Source: Betaproteobacteria bacterium (GTDB lineage: Bacteria > Pseudomonadota > Gammaproteobacteria > Burkholderiales > SG8-41). From it: a stretch of DNA of 64,000 nucleotides. The notes beneath the pieces are model-generated. The model was not told the DNA's origin. It worked only from the letters and a program-made list of their open reading frames with translations, and searched no databases. This document shows positions 22,932 through 31,261 of the stretch, piece after piece. The first letter of the stretch is position 1, and every line of letters begins with the position of its first letter. The DNA is taken from NCBI GenBank assembly GCA_025363435.1, contig JANYDY010000016.1, positions 17,318 to 81,317 on the forward strand, given 5' to 3'. Both the position numbers and the translations under genes were made by a program.

Positions 22932-24326
22932 TCACAAACGGGAATTCGCCACTTCGGATATAAAATCCTCGAATTTTCCGCCGGCACTGCGGTCAATGCG
23001 TTCGCAGTACACCAGATTCAACTTTAGCGGCACCGGCAATCTCGACAGTATCAGCTTGCGCACGCGATCTTCCTGCTCAAGCGTAAGCGGTGCCGCAACA
23101 ACGAGCCGCACCTCGACCAGATCGAAGGTTTTTTGTACCACTTGATATTGCCGGACCGGCGCCGCTTCGGCGATTGCACGCGAACCTAGCGCCGGCCAGA
23201 AGCGCCGGCCGTCGGCGGTAACCAGCATATTGCGCACGCGGCCGATGATCCGCTGCAAGACCGGCAAGCCGCGACCGCAGGCGCAGGGTTGGCCGACCTC
23301 CGCATAGTCGCCAACGTCGTAACGAATCAGCGGCATGGCAAAGTTGTGCAGATCAGTGACGACCACACGACCGGTTTCGCCCGGCGTGCAGAGGCGACCT
23401 GCATCGTCGAGAATTTCAACCACAACGCCTTCGGCCTGCACGTGATAGTGCGACTGCCCCGGACATTGCAGCGCGATATAGCCGACCTCGGTACTCGAAT
23501 AAGCGTCGGTCACGCGCACATTCCAGGCCTGCCGGCACAGTTCACGCGTTTCGGCGTCGAGCAATTCGCCGTAGGTGCGCACCTCCTGCAGCCGCGGCAT
23601 TCGTATACCGCGCGCGATTGTCAGCCGCGCCAGTTCCGCCGCCATCGACGGGTGCGTAATCAGATAATCAGGTTCTTCCTTCAGCAGCCAGTCGATCTGG
23701 CTTGCCGCATCCTCTTCAATGCCGCGCACTGCAGAAGGACCGGTAGCGACGATATCGTCCGTTGCACTGCCCCAGCCGTCGAAATTACCCGGCGTGACGC
23801 CCTGCCGTATGCCGGCCAGTTTGCCGGCGAGATTGCGTTTGTTCCAAACGTGATCACGCAAGGCAAACGCGTTCCACATCACGCCGCAGACCTGCGTTTT
23901 CAAAATAGTCACCGGCGAGCCGGTCGAACCCGAGGTGCGCGACGCCTGCGGTACCCCGTGCGACGGCGGCGGCGCCGCGCTCTTTAAAGCTTCAAATTGA
24001 TCCTGCAGATCGCGGCGCGTCAGCAAGGGCAAGGCGGCAAACTGTGCGGCGCCCAGCTTCGCTGCCGGGTCATATACATCCTGCCAGCGTTGCCGGTAAA
24101 ACGGCACCGCGGCAAAAGCATGTGCGGTTAGAAGGCTGAGTTGAGTGAACTGCAGCTCACGCAAACGTTCGGCGGAAAGCCGTTCGCTCTGCAAAAACTG
24201 GAACTGCATCGCCAGCGCAAGATTGGCAGCGGGGCTGCCGATCGCCGGCCAGTCGGCGCCGCGCAGCGCGCTCAGGTACTGCCAGGCCGGCGCCGGCCCT
24301 GAACTAGCCGCGACTGTCGCGTTCAT
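22932..24326 (-). CDS. PaaK/CapK-like adenylate-forming ligase (copy 2)
   Basis: TSGSTG, YSSTEVG, NFAMPLIRYDVGD, GRGLP, KFEDF; clear paralog of 20574-21917. Confidence 0.87.
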   Translation of the reverse strand: MNATVAASSGPAPAWQYLSALRGADWPAIGSPAANLALAMQFQFLQSERLSAERLRELQFTQLSLLTAHAFAAVPFYRQRWQDVYDPAAKLGAAQFAALPLLTRRDLQDQFEALKSAAPPPSHGVPQASRTSGSTGSPVTILKTQVCGVMWNAFALRDHVWNKRNLAGKLAGIRQGVTPGNFDGWGSATDDIVATGPSAVRGIEEDAASQIDWLLKEEPDYLITHPSMAAELARLTIARGIRMPRLQEVRTYGELLDAETRELCRQAWNVRVTDAYSSTEVGYIALQCPGQSHYHVQAEGVVVEILDDAGRLCTPGETGRVVVTDLHNFAMPLIRYDVGDYAEVGQPCACGRGLPVLQRIIGRVRNMLVTADGRRFWPALGSRAIAEAAPVRQYQVVQKTFDLVEVRLVVAAPLTLEQEDRVRKLILSRLPVPLKLNLVYCERIDRSAGGKFEDFISEVANSRL

Positions 24327-24366
24327 GCGCCGGCAACCGCGTCAAAACAAATGCCGGCCGCCCCTG

Positions 24367-26610
24367 CTACGAGGCAACGCAGTCAACGTAGTAGCGCGAA
24401 CGGCGGCTGGTTTCGTCGGAGACCAGGCCGTGGATGTCGGTGTCGAAACCGGGGAATTTCTGGTTGAACGACTTCGCGAACTTCAGGTAACGCACGATGA
24501 TCGCGTTGAAACGCTCGCCCGGGATCAGGAGCGGAATGCCCGGCGGGTAGGGTGTGAGCAGCACGCTGGTAATGCGGCCTTCAAGCTGGTCGATTTCGAC
24601 GCGTTCGATCTCGCGGTGCGCGAGCTTCGCCCAGGCATCGGCCGGACGCATCGCCGGCTCCATGTTCGACAAATACATTTCGGTGGTCAGCCGCGCGATG
24701 TCGTTGGCTTTGTAAACACCGTGGATCTGCGTACAAAGATCGCGCAAGCCCACTTTTTCGTACTGCGGATATTTGCCAACGAACTCGGGCAGGATGCGCC
24801 ATAGCGGCCGGTTGTTGTCGTAGTCGTCCTTGAACTGCTGCAGTTCGGTGACCAGAGAATTCCAGCGGCCCTTGGTGATGCCGATGGTGAACATGATGAA
24901 AAACGAATAAAGGCCGGTTTTCTCGACAATGATGCCGTGCTCTGCGAGGTATTTGGTCACCACCGCTGCGGGCATGCCCGGATTGGAAAACGCGCCCGAG
25001 ACATCGAGACCCGGCGTAATCACGGTGGCCTTGATCGGATCGAGCATGTTGAAACCCGTCGCCAAATCGCCGAAACCGTGCCAGCGGTCGTTGGATTTCA
25101 AAACCCAGTCTTCGCGATCACCGATGCCTTCTTCCGCCAGGTGCTCCGGGCCCCATACCTTGAACCACCACGATTTACCGAACTCGTCGTCGATTTTGCG
25201 CATGGCGCGTCGAAAATCCAGTGCCTCTAGTATCGATTCCTCTACCAGTGCGTTGCCGCCGGGCGGCTCCATCATCGCTGCGGCGACGTCGCACGAGGCG
25301 ATGATCGAGTACTGTGGCGAAGTCGAGGTGTGCATCAGATAAGCCTCGTTGAAGCTGTGGCGGTCGAGTTTGCGCGTTTCGCTGTCCTGCACCAGAATCT
25401 GCGAAGCCTGCGAGAGGCCGGCCAGCATCTTGTGCGTCGACTGCGTAGCAAAAATCATCGACTCCTTGCAGCGCGCGCGATCGGTGCCGATGGCATGCAT
25501 GCCGCGATAGAAATCGTGGAAAGTGGCATGCGGCAACCACGCCTCGTCGAAATGCAGGGTGTCGACCTTGCCGTCGAGCATCTCTTTGATGGTATCGACG
25601 TTATAGACCACGCCGTCGTAGGTGCTTTGCGTCACCGTCAGCACGCGCGGCTTCGATTTGGATTCGCGCGCGAACGGATTGGCAGCGATTTTCTTCTGGA
25701 TGTTCTCCCATTTGAATTCCTCGAGCGGAATCGGCCCGATGATGCCGAAGTGATTGCGCGTCGGCATCAGAAACACCGGCACCGCGCCCGTCATGGTGAT
25801 CGCGTGCAAAATCGATTTATGGCAATTGCGGTCGACCAGCACGATATCGCCCGGCGCCACCGTCGAATTCCACACCATCTTGTTCGAGGTCGAGGTGCCG
25901 TTGGTAACAAAGAACAGGTGGTCGCAATTGAAAATGCGCGCGGCGTTGCGCTCGGACGCCGCCACCGGCCCCGAGTGATCGAGCAACTGGCCGAGTTCAT
26001 CGACCGCATTGCAAACGTCGGCGCGCAGCATGTTCTCGCCGAAAAACTGGTGGAACATCTGGCCGACCGGGCTCTTCAGAAAGGCCACGCCGCCCGAGTG
26101 CCCCGGGCAATGCCACGAGTAGGAGCCGTCCTGCGCGTAGTTGGTCAAGGCGCGGAAAAACGGTGGCGCCAGACCATCGAGATACGAGCGCGTTTCACGG
26201 ATGATATGGCGCGCCACGAATTCCGGCGTGTCCTCGAACATGTGAATGAAACCGTGCAGCTCGCGCAGGATGTCGTTCGGCATGTGGCGCGACGTCTTCG
26301 TCTCGCCGTAGAGATAAATCGGAATGTCGGTATTGCGAAAACGGATTTCCTCGATGAATTTGCGCAGGTTCAACACCGCCGGATCGAGTTCCGGGCCCGG
26401 CGTGAATTCTTCGTCGTCGATCGACAGAATGAAGGCCGAGGCGCGCGACTGCTGCTGCGCGAACTGCGAGAGATCACCGTAGCTGGTGACGCCGATGACC
26501 TCGACGCCCTCATCTTCGATCGCCTTCGCCAGCGCGCGTATGCCAAGGCCGCTGGCATTGTCCGAGCGGTAGTCTTCATCGATGATGATGACTGGAAACT
26601 TGAGTTTCAT
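24367..26610 (-). CDS. Orn/Lys/Arg decarboxylase (wing-domain PLP family)
   Basis: Receiver-like wing domain, HCPGHSGG, NGTSTSN, DRNCHKS, HFDEAW, QSTHK PLP lysine, PYPPG. Confidence 0.95.
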   Translation of the reverse strand: MKLKFPVIIIDEDYRSDNASGLGIRALAKAIEDEGVEVIGVTSYGDLSQFAQQQSRASAFILSIDDEEFTPGPELDPAVLNLRKFIEEIRFRNTDIPIYLYGETKTSRHMPNDILRELHGFIHMFEDTPEFVARHIIRETRSYLDGLAPPFFRALTNYAQDGSYSWHCPGHSGGVAFLKSPVGQMFHQFFGENMLRADVCNAVDELGQLLDHSGPVAASERNAARIFNCDHLFFVTNGTSTSNKMVWNSTVAPGDIVLVDRNCHKSILHAITMTGAVPVFLMPTRNHFGIIGPIPLEEFKWENIQKKIAANPFARESKSKPRVLTVTQSTYDGVVYNVDTIKEMLDGKVDTLHFDEAWLPHATFHDFYRGMHAIGTDRARCKESMIFATQSTHKMLAGLSQASQILVQDSETRKLDRHSFNEAYLMHTSTSPQYSIIASCDVAAAMMEPPGGNALVEESILEALDFRRAMRKIDDEFGKSWWFKVWGPEHLAEEGIGDREDWVLKSNDRWHGFGDLATGFNMLDPIKATVITPGLDVSGAFSNPGMPAAVVTKYLAEHGIIVEKTGLYSFFIMFTIGITKGRWNSLVTELQQFKDDYDNNRPLWRILPEFVGKYPQYEKVGLRDLCTQIHGVYKANDIARLTTEMYLSNMEPAMRPADAWAKLAHREIERVEIDQLEGRITSVLLTPYPPGIPLLIPGERFNAIIVRYLKFAKSFNQKFPGFDTDIHGLVSDETSRRSRYYVDCVAS

Positions 26611-26646
26611 TGTCCGTCCCTTGTTTGCCCAGACCCGCCGGTCGCT

Positions 26647-27735
26647 TTATGTATTTTGCACCACGATCTTCGGAAACGCCGCCGAGTGATCCTTCTGCTG
26701 CTCGGCAATTTTGACCGCGACGCGGCGCGCGATCTGGCGGTAAATTTCCGCTGAGCGCCCGTTAGGGTCGGCCACCACCGTCGGTTGACCGGAGTCAGCC
26801 TGCTCGCGGATTTTGATATCGAGCGGCAGCGAACCGAGCAGATCGATGCCGTAATCCTTCGCCATGCGGTCGCCGCCGCCGGAACCGAAAATGTCTTCTT
26901 CATGACCGCACTTCGAGCAGATGTGCAGGCTCATGTTCTCGACCACGCCGAGAATCGGAATATTCACCTTCTCGAACATCTTGAGGCCCTTGCGCGCGTC
27001 CATCAGCGCGATGTCCTGCGGCGTGGTGACGATCACCGCCCCCGTCACCGGCACGCGCTGCGCCAGCGTCAGTTGAATATCGCCGGTGCCCGGCGGAAGA
27101 TCGACGACGAGGTAATCGACGTCGCGCCAGTTGGTTTCGTTGAGCAGTTGCTCGAGCGCCTGCGTCACCATCGGGCCGCGCCACACCATCGGCGTTTCGA
27201 CGTCGATCATGAAGCCGATCGACATTGCCTGTATGCCATGGCCTTCCATCGGCTCGATGCGCTTGCCGTCCTTCGATTCCGGTTTACCGACGATGCCAAG
27301 CATGGTCGGCTGCGACGGGCCGTAGATGTCGGCATCGAGCACGCCGACCGTGGCGCCCTCGGCGGCCAGCGCCAGCGCGAGATTGACCGCAGTGGTTGAT
27401 TTGCCCACACCACCCTTGCCGGAAGCGACGGCAATGATGTTCTTGACGCCGGGCACCAGCTTGACGCCGCGCTGCACCGCGTGCGAGACGATTTTCATCG
27501 TCACATTGGCCGTAACCTTGCCGATGCCGGGTATGGTTTTGAGTTTCGCTTCGACCGCCGCGCGCACCGGTTCGATTTGCGTTTTCGCCGGATAACCGAG
27601 CAGCACGTCGAGCGTGACGTTGTCGCCGTCGATCTTGATGTTGCGCGCTTCCTTGCCGGTGATGTAATCCTTGCCGGTGTTCGGATCGATCAATTCGCTG
27701 AGTGCTTCCTTGATCTGCTGCTCGGAGATTGCCAT
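26647..27735 (-). CDS. apbC: Fe-S cluster carrier ATPase Mrp/ApbC
   Basis: SGKGGVGKST, DADIYGPS, WRGPM, DLPPGTGD, CSKC; divergent from metG. Confidence 0.96.
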   Translation of the reverse strand: MAISEQQIKEALSELIDPNTGKDYITGKEARNIKIDGDNVTLDVLLGYPAKTQIEPVRAAVEAKLKTIPGIGKVTANVTMKIVSHAVQRGVKLVPGVKNIIAVASGKGGVGKSTTAVNLALALAAEGATVGVLDADIYGPSQPTMLGIVGKPESKDGKRIEPMEGHGIQAMSIGFMIDVETPMVWRGPMVTQALEQLLNETNWRDVDYLVVDLPPGTGDIQLTLAQRVPVTGAVIVTTPQDIALMDARKGLKMFEKVNIPILGVVENMSLHICSKCGHEEDIFGSGGGDRMAKDYGIDLLGSLPLDIKIREQADSGQPTVVADPNGRSAEIYRQIARRVAVKIAEQQKDHSAAFPKIVVQNT

Positions 27736-27826
27736 TAGGGGTATCCCGGTTCATGTGTGATGAGGGCGCAATTCTAAACAATTCAGGGGACAACGCCTAC
27801 AGGAAAGGGGGCAAATTCGAGTGGTT

Positions 27827-27835
27827 TGTTACAAT
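27827..27835 (+). promoter_or_regulatory. Putative extended -10 promoter of metG
   Basis: TGtTACAAT, 27 nt before the ATG at 27863. Confidence 0.45.
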
Positions 27836-27862
27836 TCGCTGCTTGATCGGAATGCCCGCCAA

Positions 27863-30355
27863 ATGACTCGCAGAATCTTCGTCACCACCGCCCTGCCCTA
27901 CGCCAACGGCTCGTTCCACATCGGCCACATCATGGAGTACATCCAGGCCGATATCTGGGTGCGTTTCCAGCGCATGCAAGGGCATGAAGTCCATTTTGTC
28001 TGCGCCGACGACGCCCACGGCGCGCCCATCATGCTCAAAGCCGAATCCGAGGGCATTACACCTGAACAACTGGTCGGCCGCATCGCCGCCGAGCGCCCGA
28101 AATACCTCGAGGGCTTCCACATTGCCTTCGATAACTGGCATTCGACCCACTCGCCGGAGAACACCGAACTCTCGCAGGATATCTACCGCAAGCTGAAGGC
28201 GGCAGGGCTGATTTACACCAAGTCGATCGAGCAGTTCTACGACCCGGTCAAACAGATGTTCCTCGCCGACCGCTACATCAAGGGCGAATGCCCGAAATGC
28301 TCTGCCCGCGACCAGTACGGCGACGCCTGCGAAGTCTGCGGCGCCGTCTACGCGCCGACCGATCTGAAGAACCCGTACTCGACCCTGTCGGGCGCCAAAC
28401 CGGTAATGAAATCGTCGGAGCATTACTTCTTCAAGCTCTCCGACCCGAAGTGCAAGGAATTCCTGCAGAACTGGCTCGACCAGAGCGGCCATCTGCAGCC
28501 GCAAGTCGCCAACAAGGCGCGCGAATGGCTGACCGGCGACGGCGACAAAGCGCTCGGCGACTGGGACATTTCGCGCGACGCGCCCTACTTCGGCATCCCG
28601 ATTCCCGACGCGCAGGGCAAGTATTTCTACGTCTGGCTCGACGCACCGGTTGGTTACCTGGCGAGCTTCAAGAACTACTGCGCGAAGAAGGGTATCGACT
28701 TCGACAAATTTCTCGCCGACCCGGCGACCGAGCAGATCCACTTCATCGGCAAGGACATCATTTACTTCCACACGCTGTTCTGGCCGGCCATGCTGCACTT
28801 TGCGCAGAAGAAAACGCCAAACCAGATCAACGTGCACGGTTTCATCACCGTCTCCGGCGAGAAAATGTCGAAGTCGCGCGGCACCGGCATCAGCCCGCTG
28901 CGCTACCTCGACGTCGGCATGAATCCGGAATGGCTGCGCTATTACATCGCCGCGAAGTTGAATGCGAGCGTTGAAGACATTGACTTCAATCCGGATGACT
29001 TCATGGCGCGGGTGAATAGCGATTTGATTGGGAAGTACGTGAATATTGCAAGCCGCTGCGCGGGCTTTATCAATAAGCGATTTAATGGCCAACTCGTAGC
29101 AGTTGAACCAACCAACGAGCTCATTCAACAGATTCAAGCATCCGCTAAAAAAATCAGTGATTATTTTGATAATCGAGAATATGGGAGAGCAATTCGCGAA
29201 ATTATGTTCGATATTGATAACGCGAATGCATTTGTAGATCAGGTAAAACCCTGGGAACTCGCAAAACAAGCAGGTGCCGAAACGCAACTCCAGCAAGCGT
29301 GTTCTGATGCCCTAAATATGTTTCGCCTATTCACCATTTATTTGAAACCTATATTGCCAAGATTGGCTCATCAGGTCGAAGAATTCTTTGGTATCGATTC
29401 ACTAACTTGGTCTGATGCTAAAACCCTTCTACCTGCTAGACACCGAATCAATAATTACAGTCATCTCATGTCCCGCGTCGAAGAAAAACAACTCGACGCC
29501 CTGCTCGAACTCGACGCGCCGCCCCCCTCTCCCTCCGGGAGAGGGGCTGGGGGTGAGGGAAAAAAGCACAAACGTCCACTCCCGGAAAATCTCCTCGGCT
29601 TCGCCAGAAAACTCCGCAGCGAGCAAACCGATGCTGAGCAACTCATCTGGGGCCTGCTGCGCGATCGCCGACTCGCCAACGCCAAATTCCGTCGCCAGCA
29701 CCCGATCGAAGCCAGCGGAAAAAACTACGTCCTCGATTTCTACTGCGACGAGCTGAAACTCGCCATCGAACTCGACGGCGGCCAACATCAAACTGCGGCG
29801 ACGGTCGATGCCGCGCGCACGGCTGCGCTGAAAAAGGCCGGAATTACCGTCGTTCGCTATTGGAACAACGACGTTCTGCAGCAAACCGAAGTCGTCCTCG
29901 AGTCAATCTGGAATGCGATCATGGAAAAGTCTCCGCAAGATAAAAATCTTCCCTCACCCCCCGCCCCTCTCCCGGCGGGAGAGGGGGGCAAACCCGACGC
30001 CAGAGCAACTGCGGCGGCAGCAAGCAATACCATCTCGATCGACGATTTTTCGAAAATCGATCTGCGCATTGCCAAGATCGTCAATGCAGAAACGGTGGAA
30101 GGCGCCGACAAGCTCTTGAAGCTCACGCTCGACGTCGGCGCGCTCGGCACCAAGCAGGTTTTCGCCGGCATCAAATCCGCCTACGATCCGGCGACGCTGG
30201 TCGGCAGGCATACAGTGATGGTGGCCAACCTGGCGCCGCGCAAGATGAAGTTCGGCATGTCCGAAGGCATGGTGCTCGCCGCTTCCGGCGACACACCCGG
30301 ACTTTTCATACTCTCGCCGGACAGCGGTGCGCAGCCCGGAATGAAAGTGAAATAG
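27863..30355 (+). CDS. metG: Methionyl-tRNA synthetase with an in-frame DUF559 endonuclease insertion (830 aa)
   Basis: ALPYANG.HIGH, CPKC/CEVC knuckle, WDISRD, KMSKS, C-terminal tRNA-binding OB domain ([12 protein letters not shown]...SEGMVLAA); about 155 extra aa in the linker. Confidence 0.97.
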   Translation: MTRRIFVTTALPYANGSFHIGHIMEYIQADIWVRFQRMQGHEVHFVCADDAHGAPIMLKAESEGITPEQLVGRIAAERPKYLEGFHIAFDNWHSTHSPENTELSQDIYRKLKAAGLIYTKSIEQFYDPVKQMFLADRYIKGECPKCSARDQYGDACEVCGAVYAPTDLKNPYSTLSGAKPVMKSSEHYFFKLSDPKCKEFLQNWLDQSGHLQPQVANKAREWLTGDGDKALGDWDISRDAPYFGIPIPDAQGKYFYVWLDAPVGYLASFKNYCAKKGIDFDKFLADPATEQIHFIGKDIIYFHTLFWPAMLHFAQKKTPNQINVHGFITVSGEKMSKSRGTGISPLRYLDVGMNPEWLRYYIAAKLNASVEDIDFNPDDFMARVNSDLIGKYVNIASRCAGFINKRFNGQLVAVEPTNELIQQIQASAKKISDYFDNREYGRAIREIMFDIDNANAFVDQVKPWELAKQAGAETQLQQACSDALNMFRLFTIYLKPILPRLAHQVEEFFGIDSLTWSDAKTLLPARHRINNYSHLMSRVEEKQLDALLELDAPPPSPSGRGAGGEGKKHKRPLPENLLGFARKLRSEQTDAEQLIWGLLRDRRLANAKFRRQHPIEASGKNYVLDFYCDELKLAIELDGGQHQTAATVDAARTAALKKAGITVVRYWNNDVLQQTEVVLESIWNAIMEKSPQDKNLPSPPAPLPAGEGGKPDARATAAAASNTISIDDFSKIDLRIAKIVNAETVEGADKLLKLTLDVGALGTKQVFAGIKSAYDPATLVGRHTVMVANLAPRKMKFGMSEGMVLAASGDTPGLFILSPDSGAQPGMKVK
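29521..29561 (+). repeat. Left palindromic arm of the cassette
   Basis: 10-bp hairpin cccctctccc-tcc-gggagagggg followed by ctgggggtgaggg; reads [13 protein letters not shown] in the metG frame. Confidence 0.9.
29949..29989 (-). repeat. Right palindromic arm of the cassette
   Basis: ccctcaccccccg then hairpin cccctctccc-ggc-gggagagggg; reads [13 protein letters not shown]. Confidence 0.9.
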
Positions 30356-30429
30356 CCGGCGTCTTCTTCTGCAGCAGCAGTACGCGAGCGGAAATTATCG
30401 CCGCGAAATAATCGCGGCACTAAGCGAAG

Positions 30430-30861
30430 TTACGGACGGATGTAAGCCCAGCCTTCGCTCTGCCGCAGCATCAGGGCGGTGACGCCGGCTTTGACGAAAC
30501 CGATATTCGGCAACAGATCGGCCTTGGTCGTCTTGGTGTTTCTCATGGTGTTTTCGCAGGCGAACACGCCGGCGCCGGCGCTCAGCGTCTCGGCGATGCG
30601 CGCGGCCACCACCGAATCGACCTTCAGCATATTGAGCCCGGGGCCGTAGGTGATGAGTTCGATGTCGACATTCTCGCGGCCGAGGTCCTGCTGAACGTTA
30701 CGAATGTTGTTGAGCGCGAGGTTCCACTTGGCCGGATCGTTGTCGCTGACCTGGAACACCACTTTGTGGCGCGCGGCGGCCGTTTCCGCCGCCTGCACGG
30801 CCGGCGCAACTGCAGTCGCAAACGCAGCCAATACGGTAAGAATTTGCAGCAGCTTTTTCAT
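30430..30861 (-). CDS. Periplasmic DsrE-family protein
   Basis: Signal peptide; KVVFQVS, ALNNIRN, YGPGL, ACENT, GWAYIRP. Confidence 0.88.
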   Translation of the reverse strand: MKKLLQILTVLAAFATAVAPAVQAAETAAARHKVVFQVSDNDPAKWNLALNNIRNVQQDLGRENVDIELITYGPGLNMLKVDSVVAARIAETLSAGAGVFACENTMRNTKTTKADLLPNIGFVKAGVTALMLRQSEGWAYIRP

Positions 30862-30979
30862 GCTTCGCTCCGTTCATGACAGGCGCGGCGCGGTGCCGGC
30901 GCAGAGCGCGCATTGTAACAGCGCAGCGGCACGGCTGGCACGGCGGGACAATACGGTCGAACCGAACTATTATTTGCTT

Positions 30980-31258
30980 ATGCCGATTGCCAGACATCTC
31001 GTCATCAGCGGCCGTGTACAGGGCGTGGGTTTCCGCCAATTCATGAGCCACGCTGCGTTCGACCTGCATATCACCGGCTGGGTTCGCAACCGCCACGATG
31101 GCAGCGTCGAAGCCGTTATCAGCGGCACACCGGAAGCCGTCCACACCATGATCGAACGCGCGCGGCGCGGTCCGTTGCACGCCATGGTCAATGAATGCTG
31201 CGTCAGCGACGCGCATGGCAGCGGGTTCACGCGCTTCGAGACGCTGCCATGCGCCTAG
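30980..31258 (+). CDS. acyP: Acylphosphatase
   Basis: GRVQGVGFR and GWVRNRHDGSVE; 92 aa from ATG 30980. Confidence 0.93.
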   Translation: MPIARHLVISGRVQGVGFRQFMSHAAFDLHITGWVRNRHDGSVEAVISGTPEAVHTMIERARRGPLHAMVNECCVSDAHGSGFTRFETLPCA

Positions 31259-31261
31259 CAA

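Larger units (their letters stand above)
29521..29989. mobile_element. Putative inverted-repeat-flanked DUF559 nuclease cassette inside metG
   Basis: 41-bp inverted repeats (29521-29561, 29949-29989; 39/41 match) flank [16 protein letters not shown]...KFRRQHPI....YVLDFYC...[11 protein letters not shown]...D..RT..L...[10 protein letters not shown] (about 29591-29920); mobility is inferred. Confidence 0.7.

Noticed and set aside
27797-29296. 499-aa minus-strand ORF, and similar long ORFs at 1519-3003, 10316-11644, 25330-26754 and 33176-34483
   Set aside because: Each lies antisense to a well-supported gene and has no recognisable domain.
29521-29989. Intein or self-splicing intron as the explanation for the metG insert
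   Set aside because: No Cys/Ser start with a His-Asn end, no LAGLIDADG or HNH motif, and no recognisable group I/II intron structure; the insert sits in a variable linker, not a conserved motif.
29510-30003. Target-site duplication (cgacgc) around the cassette
   Set aside because: The 6-mer is offset from the repeat ends and common in GC-rich DNA; it cannot be called without an empty allele.
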